Below are positions 52,399-64,000 of a DNA stretch of 64,000 bases, in pieces. How positions within the stretch are numbered: the stretch's first letter is position 1; every line of letters begins with the position of its first letter. A program made the position numbers and the translations under genes. The notes under the pieces are model-generated. The model searched no databases, was not told the DNA's origin, and saw only the letters and a program-made list of their open reading frames with translations. Origin of the DNA: Callorhinchus milii (Eukaryota); NCBI RefSeq assembly GCF_018977255.1, contig NW_024704746.1, positions 40,362,001 through 40,426,000 of the forward strand, given 5' to 3'.

Positions 52399-54026
52399 CT
52401 AGCTGTACCCATTGCAGCTTCGCTTTCAACCAAAGTATCCAATATGGAATGTAGATTGACACACACACAGACAGACATTTTGTCTTTATCTATACTCAGT
52501 TGGGAGTACTCCTGTGCAAGGACTCCTTTTGGGATGACTCAGTGGGAGGACTCCTTTTGGGAGGACTCCTGTAGGAGAACTTCTATCAAAGCTACACTAA
52601 CCAAAGAGGTTTACTGTGTAATCCGGCAGGTCCTTGAGTTATTACAAAGCTTCCGTGTAGACGACAATTGCAGTTTTTCCTCCTTTGGCCATGATGTACA
52701 GGTTTTGAGATGAACCCACACATGAGCATCCAACATAGAATTGTCCATGGGAAAAGCAGGGTGTATTCAAGAAAAGGCCAGCAACCTTTACACTCTGCTC
52801 CTGTGCCTTGTTAATTGACATGGCAAAGCATGTTCAAATAGTGAATTGGAGCCTTTTGAACTCGATCGGGCAGTCACTTGGAAGAAGTGAGATAAGACGA
52901 ATGAACATGTCTTCCCCTTTGAATTGGCCAGTCAGAATAGTTGCTTCAATAACATGTGGCACCAACTGCTTTACCACTAATCTTGTGCGATTGCATAGCT
53001 TTGGTGCATCTAGATTCCTCAGCAGCATGATTTGTTTCCAACTGTTTTGATTATGAGTTTGTGTGAAGGCATAACGTATGGTTCCAAAGATTTTAAAAAC
53101 TCAATTGGATAGTTGAGAGCATTTCAATATCAGGAACAATATCTATGGACTTCTACACAGTTTCTTGGCCAGAGATGTCATTGAGTAGCTGGGAATTGAT
53201 CTCGCTGGCAGACTCATTTTTTGGACCAAAGATTCCTTGTTCACACAACCACTTATGATTTGTGTAGTTATAACTGAGGTTTGGGAAAACTTTAGTTTGG
53301 AGCTCTGCTACATCTTGTACAATTGTTCCACAACCTTCAGGGATCTGAATTTGGCCATCTGTTGGATCCACTGGAATTTTGCCAACCCAATTTCCAGAAG
53401 GAGGCAGGATATACACCAGCTGCGGAACTGCCATGAAGATGGACTTGCATGTCTGTCTTGAGGCTTATCTTCTCCACACATGCCCAGACTGAATGCCAGT
53501 CTTAAGCCTGTAAGCCTTAAGACTGTCATTCAGTTCATTGGGATGGGTACCACGTTGCATGACAGGTAATGTCTGGCAGAAGTTTCCTGAGAAAATAAGT
53601 GTCATCCCTCCCATTGTCTGGGTTTGGGTTTTCTCCTGTTAGGAGAACTGAACAGGAAGACTCAGTGGGAGGACTCCTGTTGGAAGGACTGTAGCTCCCA
53701 TGCCAATCCGAAAAAACCGCCAAGCATTTGTTGCAGAATATATTAGTATAGATGTATCTCTTTAGAAGGGTGTGTCACTACTTTGTTGCAGAATACCATG
53801 CATACCTCATATTTTGGGGCTTAATTAAAGCATTTCTAAAATATAGTTCATTAACAATAGGAGATCACCGCCCCCCCCCCCCCCCCCCCCCCCGCCACAA
53901 AGAAATGCCCATGGCATTCCCGCATGCAAGAACTTTCCGATGAGGTATAAATCATGTCTCTGCGTCAATCAGTTATTGCGTTATCGGCAGAAACACAGAC
54001 ACAAACTTCTCCTTTATTAGTATAGA
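52399..54026 (-). mobile_element. Helitron, copy 2, with helicase remnant
   Basis: The minus strand starts A|TCTATACTAATAAAGG and ends ...GGGTACAGCTAG (canonical CTAG). Termini are shared with 1286-2178. Confidence 0.9.
52642..53615 (-). pseudogene. Helitron RepHel PIF1-family helicase, C-terminal remnant (motifs III-VI)
   Basis: MGGMTLIFSGNFCQTLPV (GDFRQTLPV-like), WLCEQGIFGPKN, YPIEFLKSL, MLLRNLDAPKLCNRTRL, FKRLQF, FAMSINKAQ, CFSHGQFYVGCS and VVYTEAL*, with several frameshifts and stops. Confidence 0.92.
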
Positions 54027-54757
54027 TTATTTAAGGGAAATGGGGAGGCCTGCCCCTTTAAGTGGGTTCTGTTGCAGAAGCTGCTTGCAGTACAGTTAGC
54101 AGAGTACACGAAGTACACGAATACAACGATGTATCCTGGGCTATTTGATTGACAGTCAGCTAACAAGCAGCCTGCAGAGTGAAATAACACGTGGGTGCTC
54201 GCATTGGAAAAAACCTTTGCATTCGTACCTTACGGTGCACAGAGCCACACGCCTATATAAAGCAAAGCTTGGCACTCCTCCTAGTCGGTAGCTAATGGTC
54301 GTCATCGGATACGTACTGACGTGTACAGGACTACTGTACAGTCAAGTTGGTTTAATATATATTTACTTATGTAGTATTGTGCTGCCAGTTGTTATAGGTA
54401 TGTGTGAAAGTTATGTTTGATCCCATTGTTGTATATCTTCCATTGTTGTGTCCCTTATATGCAAGATAGCCGAGGGTTGCTAGGTTTTAATAATGAGATG
54501 TTGTTTCTACCGAATGTATCCTCGAGTCTCTGTAATATTCTAAAACAAGTAAAGGAGTAAGCACTTCGGAGAGTAGTTGTCTAATCGGAGATCTACTGTG
54601 CGAAGAGATTCCGATTAGGCATTCCAGTTAGCGGGCATTGGAGTTAATTGGGAATACCAGTCTGTGCGTGAATCTGACTTGGTTGGGTCACCTTTGAAGT
54701 AGGGAAGCAGAGGCCACTTAGTACGAAAGCGTTAATAACATTCGTACATACATCAAA
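54027..54757 (+). mobile_element. LTR-like repeat, copy 2 (probably 52360-55044 once nested inserts are removed)
   Basis: Inverted homologue of 11200-11830, with CACGTG, TATATAA (54254-54260) and AATAAT (54489-54494). Its last 17 nt reappear at 55028-55044. Confidence 0.65.
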
Positions 54758-55103
54758 TAATAATCCTTGCATTATAATCCTTGCATTTGATATAGCGCTT
54801 TTCACGTCGGGAGGACGTCCCAAAGCGCTTCACAGAATATACTGTAAAGTGAATTGACTGTATATTTGTGGGCGAACGCGGCAGCCAATTGCGCACAGCA
54901 ATGTCCCACAAACAGTCGTAGATTGAAAATGACCAATTTAATTATTTTTTTGGTTTTTTGGAGGGATTATTATTAGGCGTGTGGAGTAAGGAAACTTGCC
55001 CAAGGTTTCGCCCTGCCTGGAATCAAAGGAGTGAGAATCGTTGCTGAACTCAGGTCTCTCACTTGCAAAGCGAGTGCTCTAACCACTGAGCTACAGGACT
55101 CCA
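54758..55103 (-). mobile_element. Young tRNA-head SINE, split at the B box
   Basis: Highly similar to 32354-32671 with CpGs retained. It is interrupted at 55025-55044. Confidence 0.9.
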
Positions 55104-55464
55104 CAAATATGGTTTGAATATGGTTTGAAAGTTTCCGGTGCTTCAGATAACCCAGTAATAAAAGGTTAAGCAGAATTGAAAGTATACAGTTTACAATTTT
55201 CCTAAAAGGAAACTTGCAAAAGCTTTCTCTTGAGGCACATTTGTGGAAAAAAAAGCTTTCACCTGGGACTAGATTTACTCTATTTCAGTAGCATTTTACA
55301 GTGTGCAGAATTTGGAAAACTTTGAAGCCGTTTTCTATTAAATTCTTTTAAGAATTAAGGAAAACTGCCCAAAGCTAAGGTTGAAGTCAACAATTTAAGT
55401 TGTTTCAAAGATATAAAACTACTTTTGAATTCTTTAAGAACGTTGATTTCTATTCACCACTATA

Positions 55465-57110
55465 ACCACATGAAACCGACCACCTGCTCCCTCGACCTCA
55501 TCCCTACCCCTCTCCTTACCGCCCAGCTCCATCTCCTTGCTGCTCCACTCACTGACATCATAAACCTCTCCCTGTCCACTGGTACTGTTCCCACCCCATT
55601 AAAAACCGCCGTAATCAATCCTGTCCTTAAATCCCTGGATCCATCTCTACTTCCAAACTACCACCCCATCTCCAACCTCCCCTTCCTCTCCAAGGTCCTG
55701 GAACTGTTGCTTCCCAGCTTCGCTCCTTTCTCTCCTACCATTCCTTTACAAACCCCTCCAAACGGGTTTCCGTGCCGCCCACAGCACACAGAAACAGCCC
55801 TGGTCAAAGTGACAAATGACATTCTGTCCATCTGCGACCAGGGCTCCCTCTGCCTCCTCGTTCCCCCTTGACTTCTCTGCTGTCTTTGGCACCGTCGACC
55901 ACTCTATTCTCATCCACCACCTCTCCTCTCACCTCAGTCTTCACGACTCTGTCCTTGACTGGTTCAGAATCATACTTCTCACACCACCTCCACTTCATCT
56001 CCACAAACAACTTCTCATCTAGTCCCCGGACCGTCTTGTGCACTGTTCCTCAGGGCTCTGTCCTTGGTTCCCTCCTCTTCAATATCTATATGCTCCCGCT
56101 TAGTGACATCATCTGCAGACATGGGGTCAACTTCCACATGTATGCGGATGATACCCAACTCTACCTCTCTGCCTCCACCCTCGACTCCAGGACCACTGCT
56201 CTCCCCAGCTGAATGTCTGTCAGACAGCAAGTCCTGGATGAGAGCTAACTTTCTCCAGTTGAATGTCAACAAGACCGAGGCTCTCCTGATTGGCTCCCGT
56301 GAGCGCCTCCTCACCTCAGGCACTGACAGCATCACCATCCATGGCTGCACACTCGACCTTGCTAAGCCAGTCCAGAACCTTGGTGTCTTGTTTGACCCTC
56401 AACTATCCTTTCTACCCCACATCTGCTCCATTACTCATTCTGCCTTTCCCCACCTCCGCAACATCGCCTTGCTCCGACACTGTCTGACATCGCAGGCCAC
56501 CGAAACCCTCATACATGCTTTCATTACATTGAGTCTTGACTATGCAAATTCATTACTTGTCAGCCTCCCCAACTCCTCCCTCCACAGGCTGCAGATCATC
56601 CAGAACTCTGCAACCTGTGTCCTAACCGCACTATGATCTGTGACCCTATCAGCCCCATCCTCGCCCAACTCCACTGGCTTCCCATCACACAGAGGATACA
56701 GTTCAAGATCCTGGTCCTCACCTTCAAAGCCTTCCATAGTCTTCCTCCCCTCAACCTCTGCGACCTCCTAACCTCCTACCAACTTGCCCACTCCCTCCGC
56801 TCAGCGGGCTCCAGACTGCTTCATGTCCCCCGGCTCGTTCGCTCCACTATTGGCAGGCGGGCCTTCTGCCACTCTGCCCCCACCCTCTGGAACTCTATCC
56901 CGCAGTCCCTCCGCCTCACCCCCTCCCTTGCCTCCTTCAAGACCCACCTCAAGACCCTCCTCTTCAATCGTGCATTCAATCTCTCTGCTTTCCCTCCTGC
57001 CCTCCACCCACCCCAACCCCTAGCTTGGGTCCGAAACTCTGTCTGTCCAGCACCTTGGGACGTCCTCCCAATGTGAAAGGCGCTATACAAATGTGATTTT
57101 GTTGTTGTTG
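55465..57110 (+). mobile_element. L2 LINE, about 1.65 kb, 5'-truncated (RT pseudogene)
   Basis: [73 protein letters not shown] and LHWLP, with frameshifts and a (GTT)n tail. Confidence 0.95.
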
Positions 57111-58658
57111 ATTTATTCAACACGATTCACTTGCTTTGGAGGAAATCTAGATACAATTTCTCTCTGTAGGCTTTTCTTTCTTTTTCTGCTTTGCACTGCA
57201 CTACAACAGTGCAGCATTAATGTCATGCAGGACATTTCACCATAGCAACACTTTTGAGTCAGAGTAATGGAAATCGTGGGAGTCAATAGCTTATTCCCCT
57301 GGCACGAATCAAGTGGACTTAATTTGGATTCAGTTAACAACAAAAAATACTGCGTCCAAATTCCAAACAACACAGGGATTTATTTTATTGTAACATTTTA
57401 AATATTAAGTTTGCACCTAGAAGCAGATTCCTTTTTTTATTAAGGGAAAGGGAAACAAAATGAAAAAAAACAACTTGCAACATATTTGTAGATGTACAAA
57501 TTGACATTTCAAGTCAGGTAAAATTATTTTGTGTAGAAGTACTTGATATAATTAATTGAAACTGAGTACTACCAACAAGTAATCACGGCTTAATGAAGCT
57601 GAAGTCTATCGAGTTTCAATAAATACCTGTATAATCTACAAATCTTTCCAAGAATAATATAGTATGACTGAAAGTGCACAAAAGCATTGTCAAATGTTCA
57701 GATAAATATGGATTACTCACTTCTGCTGTTACATTTCCTGCACTTCATGATGCAACAGAGTTGTTGGGTCTTGCTGTGTGCTGGTAAGATCTTATTTTAT
57801 GTGAACAGAAATAAGAACGTAATTTTGGGTCATAAGGTTTGACTGATTCTTCAAGACTTCTAAAATAAAATACATTCACCTAAAAATACACAGTCACTGC
57901 ACTTCACAGTAAAATCCTGTGAAGCGCTTCGAGACCTCTCAATGATGTAATCAATCCCGAGATCAAATGCAAGGATTATTATTATTATTATGAATACAGT
58001 TTTCAATTCAGTAAAGAACCTCACTCAAAATAAAGCCAAGATAAATATGAGGAACTCCAACAGGTGGAAATGAGGAGAGACTGGTTAAAATACACACTAA
58101 TTACACAGGGAGTTTTGGCAGTTGCCTTGGGTTCCTCTTGGTTAGCAATAAAAATAGCAATTCCCTAGTGCTCTATCTTTTAATCAAACGTAGGCAAGAC
58201 AGAAGTTTAACCAGAGAAAATTATTTTCCTAATGTGCTGCATCTCAATTTGTGCTAGCAACTGGCTGTACATGCTGATCAGAAAGCTTAGAATTTTCCCA
58301 TGTGAGATTGCCATTAATTCAAAACAGCCAACAGTACCTGTGGATTGCTTTCTCTTCCCTGAGGAGTTAATTCTTGTTTTGCACATAGACATCAGTCGTT
58401 GAGCCATTTTAAGAAAGGGGCAATTGCTTTATTTCATTTTCAATCTTCATATGCAAAACAACTCAATTTAGCTGAAAATAGAACGTCTACAATGAGGCTG
58501 AGCCTCTGGTAGGAAACAAGAAGCCTGCCAGCTGCCGTAGGAAGGTGTCAGGCTGATAGAATGCGACAGAATTGATCAGTACACTAACTAAAAAAGACTG
58601 TCAAAAAGAATATTTTTAGAGTGTATAATAATAATAGTCCTTGTATTTGATAATGCAA

Positions 58659-58908
58659 GGAGTCCTGTAGCTTAGTGGTTTAGAGTACTCGCCTTGCAAG
58701 CGACCAAGACCAAGATTCAATTCCCAATCCCTTAAAAAAAATTGGTCACTCAATCCATGACTGTTCGTGGGACACTGCTTTGCACAATTGGCTGCTGCAG
58801 TTCACCCATAAAATATACAGTCAATTGACTTTACAGTATATCCTGTGAAGTGCTTTGAGATGTCTCAAAGACACAATATGGCGCAATATCAAATGCAAGG
58901 ATTATTAT
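58659..58908 (+). mobile_element. tRNA-head SINE with internal deletion
   Basis: Head 'ggagtcctgtagcttagtggtttagag' joined to the shared tail. Confidence 0.8.
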
Positions 58909-59311
58909 AATGGTTATTATTAGTAGAGTTTTTCATGTCAGGAGGATGTCTCAAAGCTTTTCACAGGATTTCCTGGGAAGTCCAGTGAGTGTGCATTTTG
59001 TCGGTGGAAGTTTTATATTCTGAAGAATGAATGGACCATCAAGATTCAGAACACGGTTCAGCTCTCCAGTTATTCTCCAGCGCTCTATATACGTTGAGAA
59101 GGTTGCAGCACACAAAATACAAACAAAGAGGAGCATTGCCGTAGTAGTCATTCAAAGAGAATCGATAAAGCAGGGAGCATTGGATCACATCATGTCAACT
59201 GGCTCAAATTACAGTTCGTGTTTCATAGCAGAAGAACTTCAAGAAAACATAAGTTATCGACATTTCATGAGTTAAACATCAATTAGTTAAATGCCTAGCT
59301 TTAAAAAGCAG

Positions 59312-59570
59312 AGAATAGAATTTTACAGCACTTAAGGCAGCTATTTAGTGCATCGTGTCTGTGCTGGCTCTTTGAAAGAGCTACTAACTGTTCCCACTCT
59401 CCTGCTCTTTCCCATAGTCTTTAAATATTTTTCCTTTTCAACTATATATCCAATTTCCTTTTGAAAGTTATTATTGAATCTGCTGCCACCACCCTTTCAG
59501 GCAGTGCATTCCAGATTGTAACAACTCATAAAAAAGTTTCTCCTCGTCCCCCTTCTAATTATTTTGCCTG
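59312..59570 (-). mobile_element. CR1 3' fragment
   Basis: The minus strand encodes VVTIWNALPERVVAADSIITFKRKLDI, with a UTR matching 125-170. Confidence 0.8.
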
Positions 59571-59919
59571 TAAAGTGCTACAGAATAACAGGAGAGCCAA
59601 ACCATATTATTCTTTTTTTCACAACTCCTATTCAATGTTTCATTGATTTATCTCAGAATATCCTTCTGGGGTGGGGGTGATGAGAGCAGGATGTCCCTGG
59701 GGTTGAAATGGTCATAGACCTGTCTCCAGCAAAACCTGACTGGTCCATATTAACCCAAGGAATAATTGATGTGAACAAGTCCATCTCACTCATCACTGAG
59801 ACTTGTAAGGTAGTCCTAGCTTGACAGGTTCCATGAATCACAACAATTGCTTAGAGCTGGTAAGGCTGCAAACTTTGGGGTGAACTTCACTACTTTCTAG
59901 AAGTTTCAAAAGTTGAAAT

Positions 59920-60241
59920 GTCTCAAAATACTTTGTAGAATTTTACTGAAGTCTAGTGATTATTTGTAGGCAAAGAGAGCGACCAATTTGTGAAAAGCAA
60001 TGACCCATATACAAAACAAATTAACGTTTGATTTTTTTTCTGGGGAAAGAATGGCCTGGACATTAGGAGAAACTGGATCGTGCCATGAGATTTTTAAACC
60101 AGGTCCTGTTTGTCTGTTAAGATGGCTGTTTAAATCTAATCTGAAGGAAAACACCTTTAACAATGCAGCATTCTCCAGGACTGCACTGAAGTGTCTGCCA
60201 AGACGATGAGCTCAAAGTTCCGATGTTGGGCTTGAACCCAG

Positions 60242-60273
<32 letters not shown>

Positions 60274-60287
60274 GACTGAGCCATGCT
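59920..60287 (-). mobile_element. Deu-domain SINE
   Basis: Minus-strand head 'tggctcagtcgggtagcactcttgcctctgagtcagaagg..ggttcaagccc'. Confidence 0.8.
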
Positions 60288-60533
60288 CAATTCTTAATAT
60301 TTCCACAGAACCAGTCAACTATTTTATCACACAATATATGAAGCTTAAAGGTCAAGATACCAATCTTTGGTCTGCCATCTATAAAGCTGCCCCATCATCA
60401 CAGCAAAATGACCAGAGCTGATCTTATTAACGCACGTTAAACAATTTTAGATGTGACAAGATTTTTAAAAATGAAGAGGATTTCTTTCCCCCACTTCATA
60501 TAATGAGATGGGAGGAGGTCACCATGAAGCCTC

Positions 60534-60622
60534 TGTATTCTACAACCAAGCACTAAGAGACACTCAAGAGCAACCCAGTTTGTTGCTCTTGAGTGCCTCT
60601 TAGTCCTTGGTTGTAGAATATA
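60534..60622. repeat. Near-perfect inverted repeat, about 41-bp arms with 7-nt loop
   Basis: tattctacaaccaagcactaagagacactcaagagcaac-ccagttt-gttgctcttgagtgcctcttagtccttggttgtagaata. Confidence 0.92.
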
Positions 60623-63414
60623 GTTTTTTTTTATTGGCAGCAGCTAGCCACTGTTCAACTTTATCTCAAACAATATTGCGGAGCTTGGTAAATCACTGAG
60701 CGAGGAAACCCAATCACGCAGTGATACAGTAGTCCTAGCCATCGTGCCATTGGATTTTCCTTTGAGTTTGAAGGACAAAACAAATGGAATGTGAAATCTT
60801 TCACCCCACCCAATTGATTTAGACTTCGCAAAATTCTTTAGTTTTAGTGTAGTTGTACAATGCAAAACATTCAGTATGGTGTAATTTAACTTACAAAAGA
60901 CATTGAACACCATGACTTTGCTTCACAAGATGTCAAGAGATTTTAAAATATGAAAGCCTGAAACACAAAAAGGACAATCTTCTCCCACTTGTGCCAAATA
61001 ATAAAATAATAATAATCCTTGTGTTTGATATAGCACCTTATCATGTCTTCTACATGTCTCAAAGCACTTCACAGAATATACTGTAAAGTGTAGTGACGGT
61101 ATGTTTTGTGGGCGAAATATCTCACATTGTGAGGAGTATACAATACAATGGAGAACTAGTTTGATAAACCCAGTGGTTACTACAAAATTCATTTGATTTT
61201 AACATGAATTCACAAAAATATTTGATAATAATCCTTGCATTTGATGCAGCAACTTTCACATTAGGCGAAGGTCTCAAAACATTCAAAAGATATACTGTAA
61301 AGCATAGTAACTGCATAATGTGTAGGCAAAGTCAATTCTGGAAAACAGAATACAGTCAATCTTAATGCAGTCATTTTCTGAACACTTTTTCTTGCCCATA
61401 TATATCAAAATTGAAGATTTTGTCAAACAAAATGCATTAATTTGGAGTTAATATTGAGGGTCAGCAGAGCAAGCAAATGTACAATAATTTTCCTGTTTAT
61501 TTGTTGTATTACTTTCAATAGGATTCATAATTCAGGATTTGGGGACAAAATGAACATGCTTTTTCCCCTCAATGCACTTCTTTTAAGTATTTCATCTTGT
61601 ATCAAAATTCTTTGAATGTTATCACACTGTTCTTTGGTGTTGAATGAGATTGTTGCTCAGTCAACACATATCAATGGTCAGTTGGTCAGAAGCCAGGGAA
61701 ATTGATGTCAGAGTTTTAACTTCACCGGTATTAACAGGATTTATTGAATTTGGCTTCTTCACCACAAGTAACCTAACACTTATACCTGAATTGAATCCTT
61801 CCAGCTATATATCCAACCCCTTCTCAGTTCCCAGAGATATCTTGTGTAATCAATAAAATTTCACATCAGCGAACAAACAAACCATTCAGCTGCACTTTTA
61901 ACAAAATCGTAAAATAGTCGAAGGAAAGGCTAGCAATATTCAAAGGTGCAAAAGAAAGATGACTCAAACAGATTAGTGATTTGTTTGTCAACTTCTATAC
62001 CTCAAGAAAAACAGACAAGTGGTAACAGATAAGGGAGCCCTAGTTGGACAAACAGCAGGAAGATTCCCAGACAATGCTTTTTTTTCCAAGTTGGTTAAAA
62101 TCCAGCAGTACCCCAGCAAACACAGTCTGTGGGTCCCAAGTCTTGGCTCCTGACATCCAGTGCCTCAGACTTTCTGGAATTAGGAAGCGGGTGCATCTCT
62201 CCAAGGAGAGAGCACTCCATTCCAGACACAGGAACATTTCCATGTGTAGATGACATACATTGGTGGAATTCTTTCTGGTCTGGATACTCTTAAGTGTGCT
62301 TGATGGGTGTCAGGAACCCGATCAGCCAAAAAAAAGACATAAAATCTTCAACATCTGGCACTGAGTAATTACTATCAACAATTAATCAAACCATTCAAGT
62401 AAACTAACTTTCCAATTCAAAATCAAGATAGCTGCAAGCTGAACCATTGGAGCCAGCAAGTGACACAACAACAACAAAAAAACTAGTCTTATATTAGCCT
62501 TTTTCATCAGTTTCTAAGAGCAACTTGATGTATTGTGATATTTCACGATGCGGAAACAAAGTGCTACATATTAACAGCCATGTAATTCTGTTAAAAATGT
62601 GTATTGCATTATTATCCTGAGCTGGCTATTAAATTATAATTATCACGTCAGAACAAAACATTTTCCTTTCAAATTTCCAGTTAGTGTATGGTTCAACGCT
62701 CATCAGTGCCATTTGCAATAGATACACAGTCGGATTGAAATTTTGATATCAATGTAATGTTAATGTTGCTCTTTTCAGCATCAGTGCTGATCCAATTATA
62801 CAGATTTGCTTATGCTCCCAGTCCAATTCTATTCCACTCTCTAGCCTAAAGCATCTTGAACTGTACAGCTGAATTGTGCTACACTATTTGTGGCTACAGT
62901 TATTGTATACAAACCCCAGTTTCGGGAAGGCTAACCTCCACTTAGTTTGCTGAGTACCGTTGGCTATGTTCACTAAGGTTGATGGATATGATTTTAATGC
63001 TAGTATGTCAGGCCAGGCAAACAAAAAATCAAACTAATACAATATGTAGTCATGTCACCCCAGGTACAATAGACAACAAACTAAATGTACTAGGCGAACA
63101 AACATAATATTGTATATACTTTCAGCACAGCGCTTGTTTAGTTAGTGTCAGATTAAATGGCAAGCGATATCCCTTGATCCTTTTCTTCGTGGCAGAGCAG
63201 CTCAGTTTCTTACTGCAGTTGAATCCTGACTAACGAACATCTTGTTCTCTCACACATTTTGTTGTTTTTTTAAATTAACAAAAGATACAGCCAAATGCTG
63301 ATTTTTTACCTGTTCAATAGATTCACTCAATTCACAAATGTAAATGACTTAATAGATTTTGAATACAACTTAATTCAAAGCAGACTGACAAACTGTCTGT
63401 TTTTGAAACATACA

Positions 63415-63612
63415 CAAAGGAGTTGCTTGCCCATGTTCTTAATTGTGGCTGATCTGTGAATCAATACCATTTGCCTTTTCTCCATTCCCTCTGATAGCCA
63501 AGTATTTGTCTGCTTCCCTCTTAAATATTCTACCCCACTCCCCATTAACAGTCATTCGAGGAATTGAATACCACAATACTATAAATCTCTGAGGAGAGTA
63601 ATGTCTTCTGAT
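63415..63612 (-). mobile_element. Degraded CR1 3' fragment
   Basis: Encodes EIRRHYSPQRFIVLWYSIP..IFKREADKYL. Confidence 0.6.
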
Positions 63613-64000
63613 TTCATTGCTACTAATAATAATCCTTGCATTTGATATAGCAACTTTCACATCAACAACAACAACAAAATCACATTTGTATAATGCCTTT
63701 TAGATTGGGAGGATGTCCATCAGGAGGATGTCTCAAAGCCCTTCATAAGATGAACTGAATTTTATTACTGTGTATTGTGCAGATGAACAAATCAAGCTCT
63801 AACTTTTACATTATGTCCTATTGTTCTAGAAACCATGTATGTGTGAATTTATTTCATATCCCCTCCCTCATTGGTATTTTATGAAGATTAATTCACAATG
63901 TTGTTTTCTCATTCAAGGATACAATTCCACAATATCAACACCCAACAGTAAAATTATTTACAAAATAAAACAATATTGAGAAAAATAATTCTAGCCCAAG

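Noticed and set aside
52495-52580. CRISPR-like or prokaryotic repeat array
   Set aside because: Short degenerate minisatellite without unique spacers, in eukaryotic DNA with no cas genes.
52642-53615. Host PIF1 gene
   Set aside because: It is intronless, frameshifted and enclosed by Helitron termini.
53871-53893. Poly-C/G-quadruplex element
   Set aside because: It is an expansion of the short C-run seen at the equivalent Helitron position (about 1968-1977), and homopolymer length is error-prone.
55425-57076. Active reverse transcriptase
   Set aside because: It is 5'-truncated, has no endonuclease and is split over several frames.
58951-59151. Secreted small protein (MTTTAMLLFVCILCAATFS...)
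   Set aside because: The N-terminus is hydrophobic, but there is no recognisable homology or splice support and the ORF ends inside a SINE tail.

Overview
This is AT-rich, repeat-dense vertebrate non-coding DNA (intergenic or deep intronic). The repeat set (L2 and CR1 LINEs, Deu-domain SINEs and tRNA-head SINEs with L2-type tails) suggests a cartilaginous fish, possibly a chimaera; that is an inference. I found no intact host protein-coding gene. The ORFs I can recognise are all decayed transposon sequence: L2 and CR1 reverse transcriptase, an R4/Dong-clade restriction-like endonuclease, and a Helitron PIF1-type helicase. Highlights: (1) two Helitrons of one family with insect Lep1-like ends, one carrying a helicase remnant and one carrying microsatellites; (2) two inverted copies of an unclassified LTR-like element with a TATA box, polyA signal, a conserved double hairpin and a possible split tRNA-Tyr PBS, with one copy apparently hosting the Helitron and a SINE; (3) an L2 with twin-priming-type 5' inversion; (4) a SINE split by a copy of its own target site; (5) a chimeric SINE with an unrecognised body; (6) a strand-skewed insert inside a SINE that may be a numt; (7) three isolated long hairpins. 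All alignments were done by eye, so boundaries are approximate unless a terminal motif is quoted.
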